A stretch of 64,000 bases of DNA. Source: Candidatus Multivorans sp. (GTDB lineage Bacteria; Acidobacteriota; Thermoanaerobaculia; Multivoradales; Multivoraceae). The stretch spans positions 3,136,001 through 3,200,000 of the forward strand of contig OZ251997.1 in assembly GCA_965247095.1 (NCBI GenBank), written 5' to 3'. The position numbers were made by a program, and so were the translations under genes. Shown piece after piece: positions 1 to 9,865 of the stretch (position 1 is the first letter of the stretch; the number at the start of each line of letters is the position of its first letter). The notes beneath the pieces are model-generated. The model ran no database searches, was not told the DNA's origin, and saw only the letters and a program-made list of their open reading frames with translations.

Positions 1-436
1 CCTTGGTCTTGCGGTACCGCGCCCAGGGAAACACCTTCAGGCACAGGTCCACGTACGTGGCGTCGAGCGACAACAGCTTGTTCCGGAAACGGAACCCATG
101 CCCCGGCGCCGCCGCCTGACAACGGCTCAGAAGGCGACCGAACAGCGCCTCGTACAGTTCGTGAGGCTGCTCTCTGTTCACCCGCGCCAGCGAAGATCGG
201 GCTACCCGGCCAACGCCGAGATGGTACAGCTTGTGAGCCTGCGCATCCAGGTTCGACACGATGTCTCGCAGACTGCGCCGCCCGGAAAGCTGCGCCATCG
301 CCATCGCTACGAACTGGCCCCAGCGGCTCATCGAGCGCAGCTTGCGTCCCCTGTGATGCCGCCGGGCCTCCCGCTCGAACTCATGTCTCGACACCAGCTT
401 GAGGAACTGGCCAAGTACGGTACTATTGTGCGCCAT
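1..436 (-). CDS. IS4-family transposase, N-terminal part (truncated by the window edge)
   Basis: ATG at 436 preceded by AAGGAG; nucleotide sequence closely parallels about 1245-1680. Confidence 0.8.
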   Translation of the reverse strand, partial: MAHNSTVLGQFLKLVSRHEFEREARRHHRGRKLRSMSRWGQFVAMAMAQLSGRRSLRDIVSNLDAQAHKLYHLGVGRVARSSLARVNREQPHELYEALFGRLLSRCQAAAPGHGFRFRNKLLSLDATYVDLCLKVFPWARYRKTK

Positions 437-506
437 GGGTCTGGATCTCCTTGCCGTCATTGGCTTTGCTTGAACACCAATCATACGACAAGGCACGGTT
501 CAGACC

Positions 507-1782
507 CAGTGCTGTCCCACAAACTTCAGCGCAGTGCGAGTTGAGTCTGTGCGTTTCTGGGATCAGGGGGTCCGCTCCGGGGTTCGAACAGGTCCAGGAG
601 CGGTCTTCGCGCGAACAGGTTGAGTTGCAGGAGGCGCAGGATTTCGCTCATGGTCCAGGACATCTTGTTGACGAACTTCAGGTAGGCGAGCAGGAGATGC
701 ACGCACATGGCGATCCAGATCTGGGTCATGACGGCATTGCGCGAAGTGCCGACGAAGCTCTTGATGCGCAGGTTCTGCTTGATCCACTTGAAGAAGGTCT
801 CGATCTGCCAACGCTGCTTGTAGATGGCCGCGATGGTCTTCGGAGCGAGCCTGAAGTTGTTGGTGAGGAACGCGTAGAACTTCTTCGTGTCGGGGTCGCG
901 ATAGCCGACTCGACGCAGCGGAATCGGACACCGGGCGCGGCCTCTGACGCTGGTCAACTCGATGATCTGGTCCGAGGTCACGCCCGTCCCAGGCGCGAAC
1001 GACCGCCGCTCTCGAACCGCGTACTTGATCTTGCGCTTCAGCCGAGTGACCAGGAAAACCCCTTGTGCATCAAGGGATTTCAGCCACTCGAAGTCGAGGT
1101 ACAGCCGGTCCGCAGCGACGATGCTTCCCTTCGGCAGACGAAGGGACCGCGCCACCTCAACGTCCGACCCCTTGCCGTCCGTGACTTGCAGGAACGCCGG
1201 CAGAAAGCCTTCGTGGTCCAGCCCCACGTGGAGCTTCAGCGCCCCCTTCGTCGTGCGGTACTGCGCCCACGGAAACAGCTCCAGGCACAGGTCCACGTAC
1301 GTCGCATCCAGCGAGAACAGCTTGTTGTGGAACCGGAACCCGTGCCCCGGCGCCGTCGTACGGCATCGCGCCAGCAAACGACCGAACAACGCCTCGTAGA
1401 GACCGGAGGGCTGCTTCTCGTTGACGCGCGCCAGCGACGACCGGGCCACCCGGCCCACGCCAAGGTGGTAGAGCTTGTGAGCCTGCGCGTCCAGGTTCGA
1501 CACGATGTCGCGCAGGCTGCACCGCCCGGAAAGCTGGGCCGTCGCCATCGCTACGAACTGGCTCCAGCGGCTCATCGAGCGCAGCTTGCGTCCCCTGTGG
1601 TGCCTTCCCGCCTCCCGCTCGAACTCATGTCTCGACACCAGCTTGAGGAACTGACCGAGTACGGTACCATTGTGCGCCATGGGTCTGGATCTCCTTGCCG
1701 TCATTGGCTTTGTGTGAAAACCAATCATACGACAGGGCACGATTCAGACCCATCCTGACCCTCCGTTTGTGGGACAGCACTG
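507..1782 (-). mobile_element. IS4-family insertion sequence, complete inner copy (1276 bp)
   Basis: Perfect 18-bp IRs at 507-524 (CAGTGCTGTCCCACAAAC) and 1765-1782; 9-bp TSD GTTCAGACC at 498-506 and 1783-1791. Confidence 0.95.
526..1680 (-). CDS. IS4-family DDE transposase (DUF4372-type N-terminus)
   Basis: LDATYVDL, AADRLYLD and YKQRWQIETFFKWIKQ (YREK) motifs; SD AAGGAG before ATG 1680. Confidence 0.93.
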   Translation of the reverse strand: MAHNGTVLGQFLKLVSRHEFEREAGRHHRGRKLRSMSRWSQFVAMATAQLSGRCSLRDIVSNLDAQAHKLYHLGVGRVARSSLARVNEKQPSGLYEALFGRLLARCRTTAPGHGFRFHNKLFSLDATYVDLCLELFPWAQYRTTKGALKLHVGLDHEGFLPAFLQVTDGKGSDVEVARSLRLPKGSIVAADRLYLDFEWLKSLDAQGVFLVTRLKRKIKYAVRERRSFAPGTGVTSDQIIELTSVRGRARCPIPLRRVGYRDPDTKKFYAFLTNNFRLAPKTIAAIYKQRWQIETFFKWIKQNLRIKSFVGTSRNAVMTQIWIAMCVHLLLAYLKFVNKMSWTMSEILRLLQLNLFARRPLLDLFEPRSGPPDPRNAQTQLALR

Positions 1783-1823
1783 GTTCAGACCCATCCTTCC
1801 TCCCCGTTTGTGGGACAGCACTG

Positions 1824-2316
1824 AGTTTTCGTGGTGCCGGTCCGTGTTGCCAACCACCGCATCCAGGAGTAGGTATACAGCAAACAGCCGCTTCGTCGTC
1901 TGCAGGTCGCTCGCAGTCAGACGACTCAATAGACCGAGACACTCCCAAATGTTCGCCAGCGTGTGCCGCTTGTAACGAAACCCCGCACACGGATTGTAAG
2001 AGTCCACCGCGATCTCCATTAGCTGGTTGCCATGAACCAGCACCGTTCCAGGCGTCATGAAGGACCTAACGGCCACGCCCCTCTGCCCTTGAAACACGGC
2101 TAAGTCGGCCGTGGCGTGAAGGATTCCCAATGCTGCCGCAACTTCCGCAGCGATCTTCTCGGCCCAATGCTCGCCCGTGCCCTCTCGGGGATACTTGAAC
2201 AGCCACTCGACCTTGGTGCTCGGATCGCGATACCAAAACTTTCTCTTGGTTCCCATGCCCTCCTCGTCCAATACCCAAGCGGGCAGGACGGTGACCACGG
2301 GATAGGGGTCAGCCAT
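1824..2316 (-). pseudogene. HipA-like kinase, interrupted by IS4
   Basis: GMGTKRKFW, WLFKYPREGTGEHWAEKIA and LDAVVGNTDRHHEN motifs; frame runs into the IS IR right after DRHHEN. Confidence 0.8.
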
Positions 2317-4537
2317 TGTCTTCCACGACGACTCGCCGCGCAGCAGTACCCTGGCTGCCCAGCAGCGGCACCCGCTCCACCCCGCCGGAGGGCTCGAAGC
2401 CGAGGATCTGGCCGTAGAAGCTGAGTTCGGCTTCGAGGGCGCGGACGATGTTCTCGGCGCGGCGGAAGCCGTGCTGCTCGCCCGCAAAGAGGAGGTAGGC
2501 GACGGGGACGCCCTTGGCGCGCAGCGCCTCGACCATGGACTCGGCCTGGTTCGGCGGCACGATCCGGTCTTCCGCGCCCTGGAAGAAGATGACCGGGCAG
2601 GAGAAGCCGTCGCGGGTGCTGAGCGGCGAGCGCTCTTCGTAGAGATCGCTCCGCTCAGGGTACGGGCCGACCAGGCGGTCGAGGTAGCGCGACTCGAACT
2701 TGTGGGTGTCGCGGGCGAGGGCCGCGAGGTCGGCGACGCCGTAGTGGCTGGCGCCGGCGGCGAAGGTGTCCCGGAACGCGAGCGCGGCGAGGGTGGTGTA
2801 GCCGCCGGCGCTGCCGCCGCGGATCACGAGCTTCTGCTCGTCGACCTCGCCGCGGGCGGCTAGCCACTCGGCGGCGGCGGCGCAGTCCTCGACGTCGACG
2901 ATCCCCCAGCGGTCGCGCAGGGACTCGCGGTAGGCGCGGCCGTGGCCGGTGCTGCCGCCGTAGTTCACGTCGACCACCGCGAAGCCGCGCGAGGTCCAGT
3001 ACTGCACGCCGGGGTCGTAGGCATGCTCGGCGGCGGAGGTGGGGCCGCCGTGGCTCTTGACGATCAGGGGCGGCTTGGCGCCGGCCGGGGCCTGCTCGTC
3101 GTCGTTCTTCGGCGGGTAGAAGAAGGCGAAGGCGCGGCGGCCGCCGGCGGACGGGAAGTCGATCGGGCGGCCGGCCGAGAGGTAGCGGGGGTCCGGGGCC
3201 GGGCCGGTGGTGGCGAGGACTTCGAGTTCGGGGGCTTCGGGGTTGGTGGAGCGGGCGGCGGAGTCGGCGGCGGCGCCGGCCGCGCTGCCCGGCAGGCGGA
3301 GCCGGACGAGCTCGGCGTGCCGGTCCGGCGCGGCGCCGAGGAAGACGGCGGCGTTAGTGGGTGCGGCGCCTGCCCGCAGCCAGGAGATCGAGGTGTAGGG
3401 GGTGGGGATGGGGACGGGCGGAGGCGCGGCGTCGGTGGCGCCGGCGGGGAGGAAGAGGAGGCGCCAGGCGCCCTGGTCGCAGCAGGCGGCGACGATGCCC
3501 GAGGCGGTGTGGGCGTAGGTGGACATGCCGAAGAGCCAGGGGGGCATGCCGAACTCGGAGTCCCGGGGGTGGAGGGGGTGGATTCGAGGCGGAGGCCGGC
3601 GCTGCGCGCCGCATGCGGGCAGGATGCCCGCGTTCCCAGGGGCGGAGGATGCAGAGGCGGCGGTCCAGGCGGGGTCCAGGCGGTAGAGGTTCCACCAGCC
3701 GCTGCGGTCGGAGACGAAGGTGAGCCGGCCATGGGCGTCGAAGCCGGGTTGCTGGACCGCCTCGGGCGCGGCGGCGTCGCCGCCGGCGACGAGGCGTGGG
3801 GCAACCGGCAGCCCGCTCTCGTCGAGGTCGGCGAGCCGGAGCTCGGTGGCGTCCCAGGGCATGTCGGGGTGGTTCCAGCTCAGCCAGGCGAGCTTCGAGC
3901 CGTCGGGCGAGAGCCGGGGACTGCTGTAGAAATCGGCGCCCGAGACGAGTTCGGTGGGCGGCTGCGGGGCGGTGGACCGGTCGGGCTCGGGCGAGTCGGG
4001 TGCGGGCAGAGGAATCGCGACCAGGGCGGCGATCTCCTCGCCGCCCGCGGGGTCGGGACGCTCCTGGACGGCGATCAGGCGGCGGCGGTGCGGGTCGGGA
4101 GTGAGGTCGGCGTAGTGGGCGCCGTCGGCCGGGGTCAGGGGGATCGGCGGGCCGGCGCCTGCCACGAAGTAGACGCGCTGGTCCTGGAAGTTGACGAAGG
4201 CGTGGGGGAACTCGCGCGCGCCGCTTCGCGGCAGCGCGCCTGGTGCGGGCGAGACGCCCGCGTTCCCAGGGCAGAAGCAGAAGGCGCCGCCGCCGTACTC
4301 GTGGACGCGGCTGCGGACGTCGTAGCCGGCCTGCGTCAGTGTTTCGGTGGCGCCGTTCGGCCGGCGGCAGACGAGCACGTTGCGCCCGCCTTCGTCGGGG
4401 CGCCGCTCGATCCAGCAGACGCAGTCGCCGGCCGCGGCGATGTCGTCGATGCGGCGTGCTCCCTCGGCGACGCCGCGGGCCGAGATCGGCGACGTCCAGG
4501 CGCCGTAGGGGGTCGGCTCGCGGTGGCTCGGCCCCAC
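2309..4537 (-). CDS. S9 family (prolyl oligopeptidase / acylaminoacyl) peptidase carrying REP-derived and low-complexity insertions
   Basis: PYGAWTSPI N-terminus, HGGPT, GGSAGG nucleophile, QGAEDRIVP, EQHGFR; GTG start overlaps the upstream TAG. Confidence 0.9.
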   Translation of the reverse strand: MGPSHREPTPYGAWTSPISARGVAEGARRIDDIAAAGDCVCWIERRPDEGGRNVLVCRRPNGATETLTQAGYDVRSRVHEYGGGAFCFCPGNAGVSPAPGALPRSGAREFPHAFVNFQDQRVYFVAGAGPPIPLTPADGAHYADLTPDPHRRRLIAVQERPDPAGGEEIAALVAIPLPAPDSPEPDRSTAPQPPTELVSGADFYSSPRLSPDGSKLAWLSWNHPDMPWDATELRLADLDESGLPVAPRLVAGGDAAAPEAVQQPGFDAHGRLTFVSDRSGWWNLYRLDPAWTAASASSAPGNAGILPACGAQRRPPPRIHPLHPRDSEFGMPPWLFGMSTYAHTASGIVAACCDQGAWRLLFLPAGATDAAPPPVPIPTPYTSISWLRAGAAPTNAAVFLGAAPDRHAELVRLRLPGSAAGAAADSAARSTNPEAPELEVLATTGPAPDPRYLSAGRPIDFPSAGGRRAFAFFYPPKNDDEQAPAGAKPPLIVKSHGGPTSAAEHAYDPGVQYWTSRGFAVVDVNYGGSTGHGRAYRESLRDRWGIVDVEDCAAAAEWLAARGEVDEQKLVIRGGSAGGYTTLAALAFRDTFAAGASHYGVADLAALARDTHKFESRYLDRLVGPYPERSDLYEERSPLSTRDGFSCPVIFFQGAEDRIVPPNQAESMVEALRAKGVPVAYLLFAGEQHGFRRAENIVRALEAELSFYGQILGFEPSGGVERVPLLGSQGTAARRVVVEDNG
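3613..3640. repeat. REP-like palindrome, in-frame within the S9 peptidase (PGNAGILPA)
   Basis: ATGCGGGCAGGATGCCCGCGTTCCCAGG. Confidence 0.9.
4220..4270. repeat. REP-like palindrome plus GCCGCTTCGCGGC hairpin, in-frame within the S9 peptidase (PGNAGVSPAPGALPRSG)
   Basis: TGCGGGCGAGACGCCCGCGTTCCCAGG at 4244-4270. Confidence 0.9.
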
Positions 4538-6267
4538 TACTTCGGGCCGATGGCCCCGCTCGAGGACAGGATCGCGCCGGTGAGCGGGTCGTAGACGGCG
4601 ATGACGAAGGTGTGCTCCCGGCGGCGGAGTTGGAGGGATGTCTGGTAGGTGAAGTACTGGCCCGGCTGCGGTTCCTGGTTGCCGGCGATGCGGATCTTCT
4701 CCACCGGCGTTTCCGAGCGGCTGCCGTTCTCGTCCATCACCGTGACGCGGAACTCCAGCTCGTTCTGCCACACGCCGGCTACCGGAAGGAGCGCCACTTC
4801 GTCGAGCGGGATCGCGACCTCGACCGGCACAAGCATCTTCCCGCGTCCCCCGCGCTGCGGTTTGCCGAAGCGCACGCCGAGCGGTTTGGCGCTGGGCGGA
4901 TTGCCGAACAGCAGAGAGCCCTCGACCATCATCGTGACCTCGGCGCCGCGCGACATGTCCACATAGCCCTCGCGCGAGCGCACCCTGTACTCCGGGTAAC
5001 CCACCAGCCGCACGTCGATGTCGTGGACCTCGTCGTCCTCGCGCCGCTGCGGCTCGAAGCCGAGCCAGTAGTAGGAGCGGGTGTCCGCCACCACGTCGGC
5101 GAGCGCCGTGTCGCGTCGAGAGTTGATCATCGGCACGCCGCCGGTTGCGTGGGCCAGCAGTTGGAGGGTGCTGTGCTGGAGCAGCTCCCGTTCCTGGAAC
5201 GCGCCGGCGCCCCGGGACGGGTCGCCCGCTGAGTTGCCGTCGATTCCCGCCGACGCACCCAGGGAGAACTGCGGGCGGAATCCCGGCACGTCGACCGGGT
5301 AGAGGGTGTAGCCGATCAGGTTCGCGGCGGAGACGAGGGGGCCGTAGAGGTCGTCCTGGCTCATGAGCCGGGAGTCGGACGAGGCGCCGAGGCTCGCGGC
5401 GACTATGCCGCGATCGGCGATCGTGTAGAGCGCCGGCGATTCGGGCCAGCCGCCCGCAAGCAGGAGCATGACCTTGCGCCCCGGGCGGTTGGCGAAGCTG
5501 CGCAGGGTCGCCACGGCCGCGAGCACGGAGCGCTCCAACTGGCTCTCCAGGTTCGTCGCGTAGCGCAGCTCGGTGCCGCGCAGGCTGTTGCGCAGCACGT
5601 CCTCGGGCAGTTGGACGCCGCCCTCCTCGGCGAACCGGTTGGCGATCGCACGCAGGTTCGCCTGCTCAGTCCGTTCCTGGTCACTCGTGCGCAGCTCGCC
5701 GATGCGCATCAGGCCGAACGTCTTGCGGCGGCGGGCCTGCCGCAGCGCTTCCGACAACTGGCTCGGCGAGTTGGTCCAGGTGGTGAGCATGGCGACCGAC
5801 TTGCCGTCGAAGGCGACGGCCGCCACCCGGTCGGCCGGCCCAAGCTGCGTCAGATCGTCCTCCAGGCGATCGAGCACACGGTCCCGGTCGCGGCCGATGG
5901 AGAAGAAGTCGTCGATGAAGAGGAGGAAGCTCGTGCCCACCGGCGCGTTCGGGTCCAGGTTCGGCACGCCGGCGATGTCGGCGCCCGCCGTCTCCCTGGC
6001 CAGACCCTCCTCGATCTCCGTGAAGTAGTTGATCGGCGTCGGCTCGCCGTCGACCAGGAGTTCGAAGTCCGACGCCTTCAAACCGTGGATGCGGTTGCCC
6101 TGCTTGTCGGTGACCACGACCTCGATGTTCACGACCCGGACGTCGATCACCTCCGAGAACACGGCCGGGAGGTCGTCCTGCTGGGCCGGGACCGGGGCCG
6201 CGGCCGCAAGCAGCACCAGCGCGGCGACAATCCAGGGCACGTCGAATGTTCGTCTGGGCTTCGTCAT
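4537..6267 (-). CDS. Secreted VWA-domain protein (Acidobacterial VWFA-related type)
   Basis: Signal peptide; FSEVIDVRVVNIEVVVTDKQG, PGRKVMLL, LAHATGG, SYYWLGF, VRSREGY; alternative start at 6282. Confidence 0.85.
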   Translation of the reverse strand: MTKPRRTFDVPWIVAALVLLAAAAPVPAQQDDLPAVFSEVIDVRVVNIEVVVTDKQGNRIHGLKASDFELLVDGEPTPINYFTEIEEGLARETAGADIAGVPNLDPNAPVGTSFLLFIDDFFSIGRDRDRVLDRLEDDLTQLGPADRVAAVAFDGKSVAMLTTWTNSPSQLSEALRQARRRKTFGLMRIGELRTSDQERTEQANLRAIANRFAEEGGVQLPEDVLRNSLRGTELRYATNLESQLERSVLAAVATLRSFANRPGRKVMLLLAGGWPESPALYTIADRGIVAASLGASSDSRLMSQDDLYGPLVSAANLIGYTLYPVDVPGFRPQFSLGASAGIDGNSAGDPSRGAGAFQERELLQHSTLQLLAHATGGVPMINSRRDTALADVVADTRSYYWLGFEPQRREDDEVHDIDVRLVGYPEYRVRSREGYVDMSRGAEVTMMVEGSLLFGNPPSAKPLGVRFGKPQRGGRGKMLVPVEVAIPLDEVALLPVAGVWQNELEFRVTVMDENGSRSETPVEKIRIAGNQEPQPGQYFTYQTSLQLRRREHTFVIAVYDPLTGAILSSSGAIGPK

Positions 6268-6458
6268 GGTCTCGGTTTCCAACTTGGTTACTTCTGGTTA
6301 GGTCAGCGGGGGAAGAAGACTATACGGACACGGCCATTGCCGGTGGCAAGGCCTGCTCGGGAGAACCCCGCCGGGCATGGCTCCATTCCGTCTCGGGGGT
6401 GGTCGGGGGTGGTCTGCAATCCTCGACTGCAACTGGAGCCTCGTGCCAACATCGGCAC

Positions 6459-7565
6459 ATGAAGGCCGGCGACATCATCTCGCGGTTCCGGGTCCACGGT
6501 GCGCTTCCCGGCCTGCCGGGCGAGCTGCCGTTGCCGCTGTACCGCGCCCAGGACATCGGCGCCCGGTCGTGGGTGCTGGTTCAGCGCTTCCCCGAGGATG
6601 CGCCGCACGCGGAGGTGGAAGCCGCCGCGGAACGCGCGGAGGCGCTGGCCGCGGCCAAGGGTGAAGAGGGACACGGCTTCCCGCGCCTGGTCGATCGGTC
6701 GTTCGATCCGCCGGCGCTCCTCGCCTGGTCCCTGGGCGGAGGCGAGACGATCCGCCAGCGACTCCAGCGCTCTCCGCTCAGCCCCGAGCAGGCCGCCGAC
6801 ACCGGCCTAGCGCTCGCCCGTGCACTGCGCGATGTGCACCGGGCCGGCGTGGTTCACGGCGGCCTGCGTCCGGCGAACGTCCAACTGCAGGACGGCGGCA
6901 GGCTCGGCCTGCTGGCGCCGTCGAGCCTGGGGCCGGTGACGCTGGCGGTGGCCAGCGAAGCCGCCGAATCGCCGAGCCTGTGGACCGCGGCCTACCTTTC
7001 GCCCGAGCAGATCGACGGGGCGGAGGCGGCGATCACCGGCGCCCCGGTGCAGTTCACGACCGCGGACGACGTGTGGACGTTGGGCGTGGTGCTCTATGAA
7101 CTTGCCACGGGGGAATTACCCTTCCTTGCCAACACCTACGCCGCGATGAGACGCGCCGTCGCCGTCCAGCCCGTGGACCTGGCCGCCACCCTTCCGGGCA
7201 GCGCGCCCGAGGCCTTCGAGGCGGTGTTCGCTGCCGCCCTCGACCGGGACGCGGACCGTCGCCGGGCCGCACTGGACGACGTGATCGGCCGGCTGCGCCA
7301 GGTCAAGGACGAGCTCTTCCCGCGCGTTCGGCCGGCGGTCGACAGCGTGGCCCGTACGCACGCACGCAAGACGGCAGCCGCCACCGATCGTTCCGCCGCC
7401 AGCCCGGCCGACCCCGAGTGGCAATCCGCGATCTCGCGGATCAGAGACCGACGCCGCCGCCTCGCCCGCGAGCGCGCGGCCCCGGCACTGTGGCGCGTGC
7501 TGACCGGTCCGCTGCTGGCGCTGCTGTTGACCGCTGCGGCGGTAGCAGCGTGGCTTTTGCTCTGA
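6459..7565 (+). CDS. Hanks-type Ser/Thr kinase-like protein with C-terminal TM helix (probable pseudokinase)
   Basis: VHGGLRPANV, AYLSPEQ, DVWTLGVVLYELATGELPF; the HRD Asp and DFG are absent. Confidence 0.75.
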   Translation: MKAGDIISRFRVHGALPGLPGELPLPLYRAQDIGARSWVLVQRFPEDAPHAEVEAAAERAEALAAAKGEEGHGFPRLVDRSFDPPALLAWSLGGGETIRQRLQRSPLSPEQAADTGLALARALRDVHRAGVVHGGLRPANVQLQDGGRLGLLAPSSLGPVTLAVASEAAESPSLWTAAYLSPEQIDGAEAAITGAPVQFTTADDVWTLGVVLYELATGELPFLANTYAAMRRAVAVQPVDLAATLPGSAPEAFEAVFAAALDRDADRRRAALDDVIGRLRQVKDELFPRVRPAVDSVARTHARKTAAATDRSAASPADPEWQSAISRIRDRRRRLARERAAPALWRVLTGPLLALLLTAAAVAAWLLL

Positions 7566-7596
7566 GCCGCGACGAATCGGCCCCCGACACCAAAAC

Positions 7597-7621
7597 AAAA
7601 GCGGGCCCGGAGGCCCGCTTT
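7597..7621. terminator. Bidirectional intrinsic terminator
   Basis: AAAA-GCGGGCC-CGGA-GGCCCGC-TTT between convergent genes. Confidence 0.75.
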
Positions 7622-7645
7622 CAGAGAAGTCGCTTGACGCGACGG

Positions 7646-7990
7646 TCAGGCGGCTTCGGCGGCGCTGACAGTCACGGTGACCGTGCCGTCGTCGGCCTTC
7701 ATGGCCTCGCCCGTGACCTTGGCGGCCTTGCCGCCGAGACCCTCGAGGGTCTTGATCGCATCGGCGTCGGAGCCGCCGCGGTCGATCTTGACGACATCGT
7801 CGCCGACCAGGAGACCCATGTCGTTGCCCTTCTCCAGGCAGGTCACGGCGCAGCCGGCATGACCGGCGCCCTTCTGACCGTCCCCGAAGCAGACCATGTC
7901 GAGGACCTCGCCGGTCCAGGTGTCACCAGCCAGCGCCGGGGCGCCGACCATCAACGAAAGAGCCAGAACCGCAAATAGTGCCTTCTTCAT
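7646..7990 (-). CDS. Small secreted protein with DxxC...HxxCAxxC motif
   Basis: SD GGAGG; signal peptide MKKALF...PALA; Cys/His cluster. Confidence 0.8.
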   Translation of the reverse strand: MKKALFAVLALSLMVGAPALAGDTWTGEVLDMVCFGDGQKGAGHAGCAVTCLEKGNDMGLLVGDDVVKIDRGGSDADAIKTLEGLGGKAAKVTGEAMKADDGTVTVTVSAAEAA

Positions 7991-8081
7991 GCCAAATCCT
8001 CCAGTTGCCTCTCGTTGTTTCGAGGCGGGGGGTAGTTGTCAGTTGTGCTGGACAGGCTAGCACAGCAGAGAGGGGGCAAGG

Positions 8082-8123
8082 GGCTCGGGCTCGCCGCTTC
8101 GCGGCATCGCGCTTGATGCGGGC
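8082..8123. repeat. Intergenic hairpin/REP module, 41/42 identical to the coding copy at 11727-11768
   Basis: GGCTCGGGCTCGCCGCTTCGCGGCATCGC(G/A)CTTGATGCGGGC. Confidence 0.85.
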
Positions 8124-8188
8124 CGGAAGGCCGGCGCCGCTTTGAACGGCCAGCCGAGGCCCAGCCCCCTATGCCATAGTCCGCGGCC

Positions 8189-9865
8189 ATGATCCAGTTG
8201 AACCGCTATTCCGCTCGCATCACTCAGGACAAGTCCCAGGGGGCGTCGCAGGCGATGCTCTACGGGGCCGGCCTGACGCCCGAGGACATGGCGAAGCCGC
8301 AGGTCGGGATCGCCAGCGTCTGGTACGAGGGCAACACTTGCAACATGCACCTCCTGGAGCTCGCCGCGGCGGCCAAGGAGGGCGTCGACGGGACGGGTTG
8401 CCTGGGCCTGCGGTTCAACACGGTCGGGGTCTCGGACGGCATCTCGATGGGTACGGACGGGATGAGCTACTCGCTCCAGTCGCGGGATCTGATCGCCGAC
8501 TCGATCGAGACGGTGATGGCGGCGCAGTGGTACGACGCGAACATCTCGATCCCCGGCTGCGACAAGAACATGCCCGGCTGCATGATGGCGATCGCGCGGC
8601 TCGACCGCCCGTCGCTCGTGATCTACGGCGGCACGATCCGGTCCGGCGAGTTTCGCGGCGCCAAGATCGACATCATCTCCGCCTTTCAGAGCTACGGCGA
8701 GGCGATCAGCGGCGCCCTGAGCGAGGAGGACCGCCAACGAATCGTCCGCCGCGCCTGCCCCGGCGCCGGCGCCTGCGGCGGCATGTACACCGCGAACACG
8801 ATGGCGGCGGCGATCGAGGCGCTCGGCATGTCCCTGCCCTACAGCTCGTCGACGCCCGCCGTAGCGGACGAGAAGCTGGAGGAATGCCGCCGCGCCGGCG
8901 CCGCGGTGAAGAACCTGCTCGAACGGGACATCCGGCCGAGCGCGATCATGACCCGCGCGGCGTTCGAGAACGCGATGGTGCTGATCACCGTGCTCGGCGG
9001 CTCGACGAACGCGGTTCTCCACCTGCTGGCGATCGCCCATTCGGCGTGCGTCGACCTTTCGATCGACGATTTCCAGAAGGTCAGCGACCGGATTCCCTTC
9101 CTGGCCGACCTGAAGCCATCGGGCCGTTACCTGATGGAGGACCTGCACGATGTCGGCGGCACCCCGGCCGTGCTGCGGATGCTGCTCGACCGGGGGCTGA
9201 TCGACGGCGACTGCCTGACCGTCACCGGCCGCACGCTGGCCGAGAACCTGGCCTCGCTGCCGGATCTCGCCGCGGGGCAGGATGTCGTGCTGCCCTTCGA
9301 CGAACCGATCAAGTCCACCGGCCACCTCCAGATCCTGCGCGGCAACCTGGCCCCCGAGGGCGCGGTGGCGAAGATCACCGGCAAGGAGGGTGAGCAGTTC
9401 GCCGGTCCGGCCCAGGTCTACGACTCGGAGGAGGCGATGGTCGAGGCGCTCGAGCGCGGCGAGATCCGCGCCGGTTCGGTGATCGTCATCCGCTTCGAGG
9501 GCCCGAAGGGCGGTCCGGGCATGCCCGAGATGCTCAAGCCGACCTCGGCGCTGATGGGCGCCGGCCTCGGCGACCAGGTGGCGCTGGTCACCGACGGCCG
9601 CTTCTCGGGGGGCTCCCACGGCTTCCTGATCGGCCACGTGGCGCCCGAGGCCCAGGAGGGCGGCCCGCTCGCCCTGGTGAGCGACGGCGACCGGATCGAG
9701 ATCGACGGCGTGCGCAACACGATCGACGTGGCGCTCGACGAGGCCGAGCTGGAGGCCCGAAGGAAAGCCTGGGAGGCGCCGCCGCTCAAGGCGAAGCGGG
9801 GCACGCTGCACCGCTACATCAAGACCGTGAGTTCCGCGTCGACCGGCTGCATCACCGACGGCTGA
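8189..9865 (+). CDS. ilvD: Dihydroxy-acid dehydratase
   Basis: [50 protein letters not shown]. Confidence 0.97.
   Translation: MIQLNRYSARITQDKSQGASQAMLYGAGLTPEDMAKPQVGIASVWYEGNTCNMHLLELAAAAKEGVDGTGCLGLRFNTVGVSDGISMGTDGMSYSLQSRDLIADSIETVMAAQWYDANISIPGCDKNMPGCMMAIARLDRPSLVIYGGTIRSGEFRGAKIDIISAFQSYGEAISGALSEEDRQRIVRRACPGAGACGGMYTANTMAAAIEALGMSLPYSSSTPAVADEKLEECRRAGAAVKNLLERDIRPSAIMTRAAFENAMVLITVLGGSTNAVLHLLAIAHSACVDLSIDDFQKVSDRIPFLADLKPSGRYLMEDLHDVGGTPAVLRMLLDRGLIDGDCLTVTGRTLAENLASLPDLAAGQDVVLPFDEPIKSTGHLQILRGNLAPEGAVAKITGKEGEQFAGPAQVYDSEEAMVEALERGEIRAGSVIVIRFEGPKGGPGMPEMLKPTSALMGAGLGDQVALVTDGRFSGGSHGFLIGHVAPEAQEGGPLALVSDGDRIEIDGVRNTIDVALDEAELEARRKAWEAPPLKAKRGTLHRYIKTVSSASTGCITDG

Larger units (their letters stand above)
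1..1823 (-). mobile_element. IS4-family element, outer copy (partial; runs off the left edge and is interrupted by an inner IS4 copy)
   Basis: Terminal repeat GTTTGTGGGACAGCACTG at 1806-1823 is identical to the inner copy's IR; 1-506 is homologous to the inner copy's transposase 5' region. Confidence 0.85.

Noticed and set aside
8057-9811. Long antisense ORFs (also 32126-34339, 26755-28101, 45170-46753, 39008-40615)
   Set aside because: Shadow ORFs of high-GC codon usage opposite well-supported genes.
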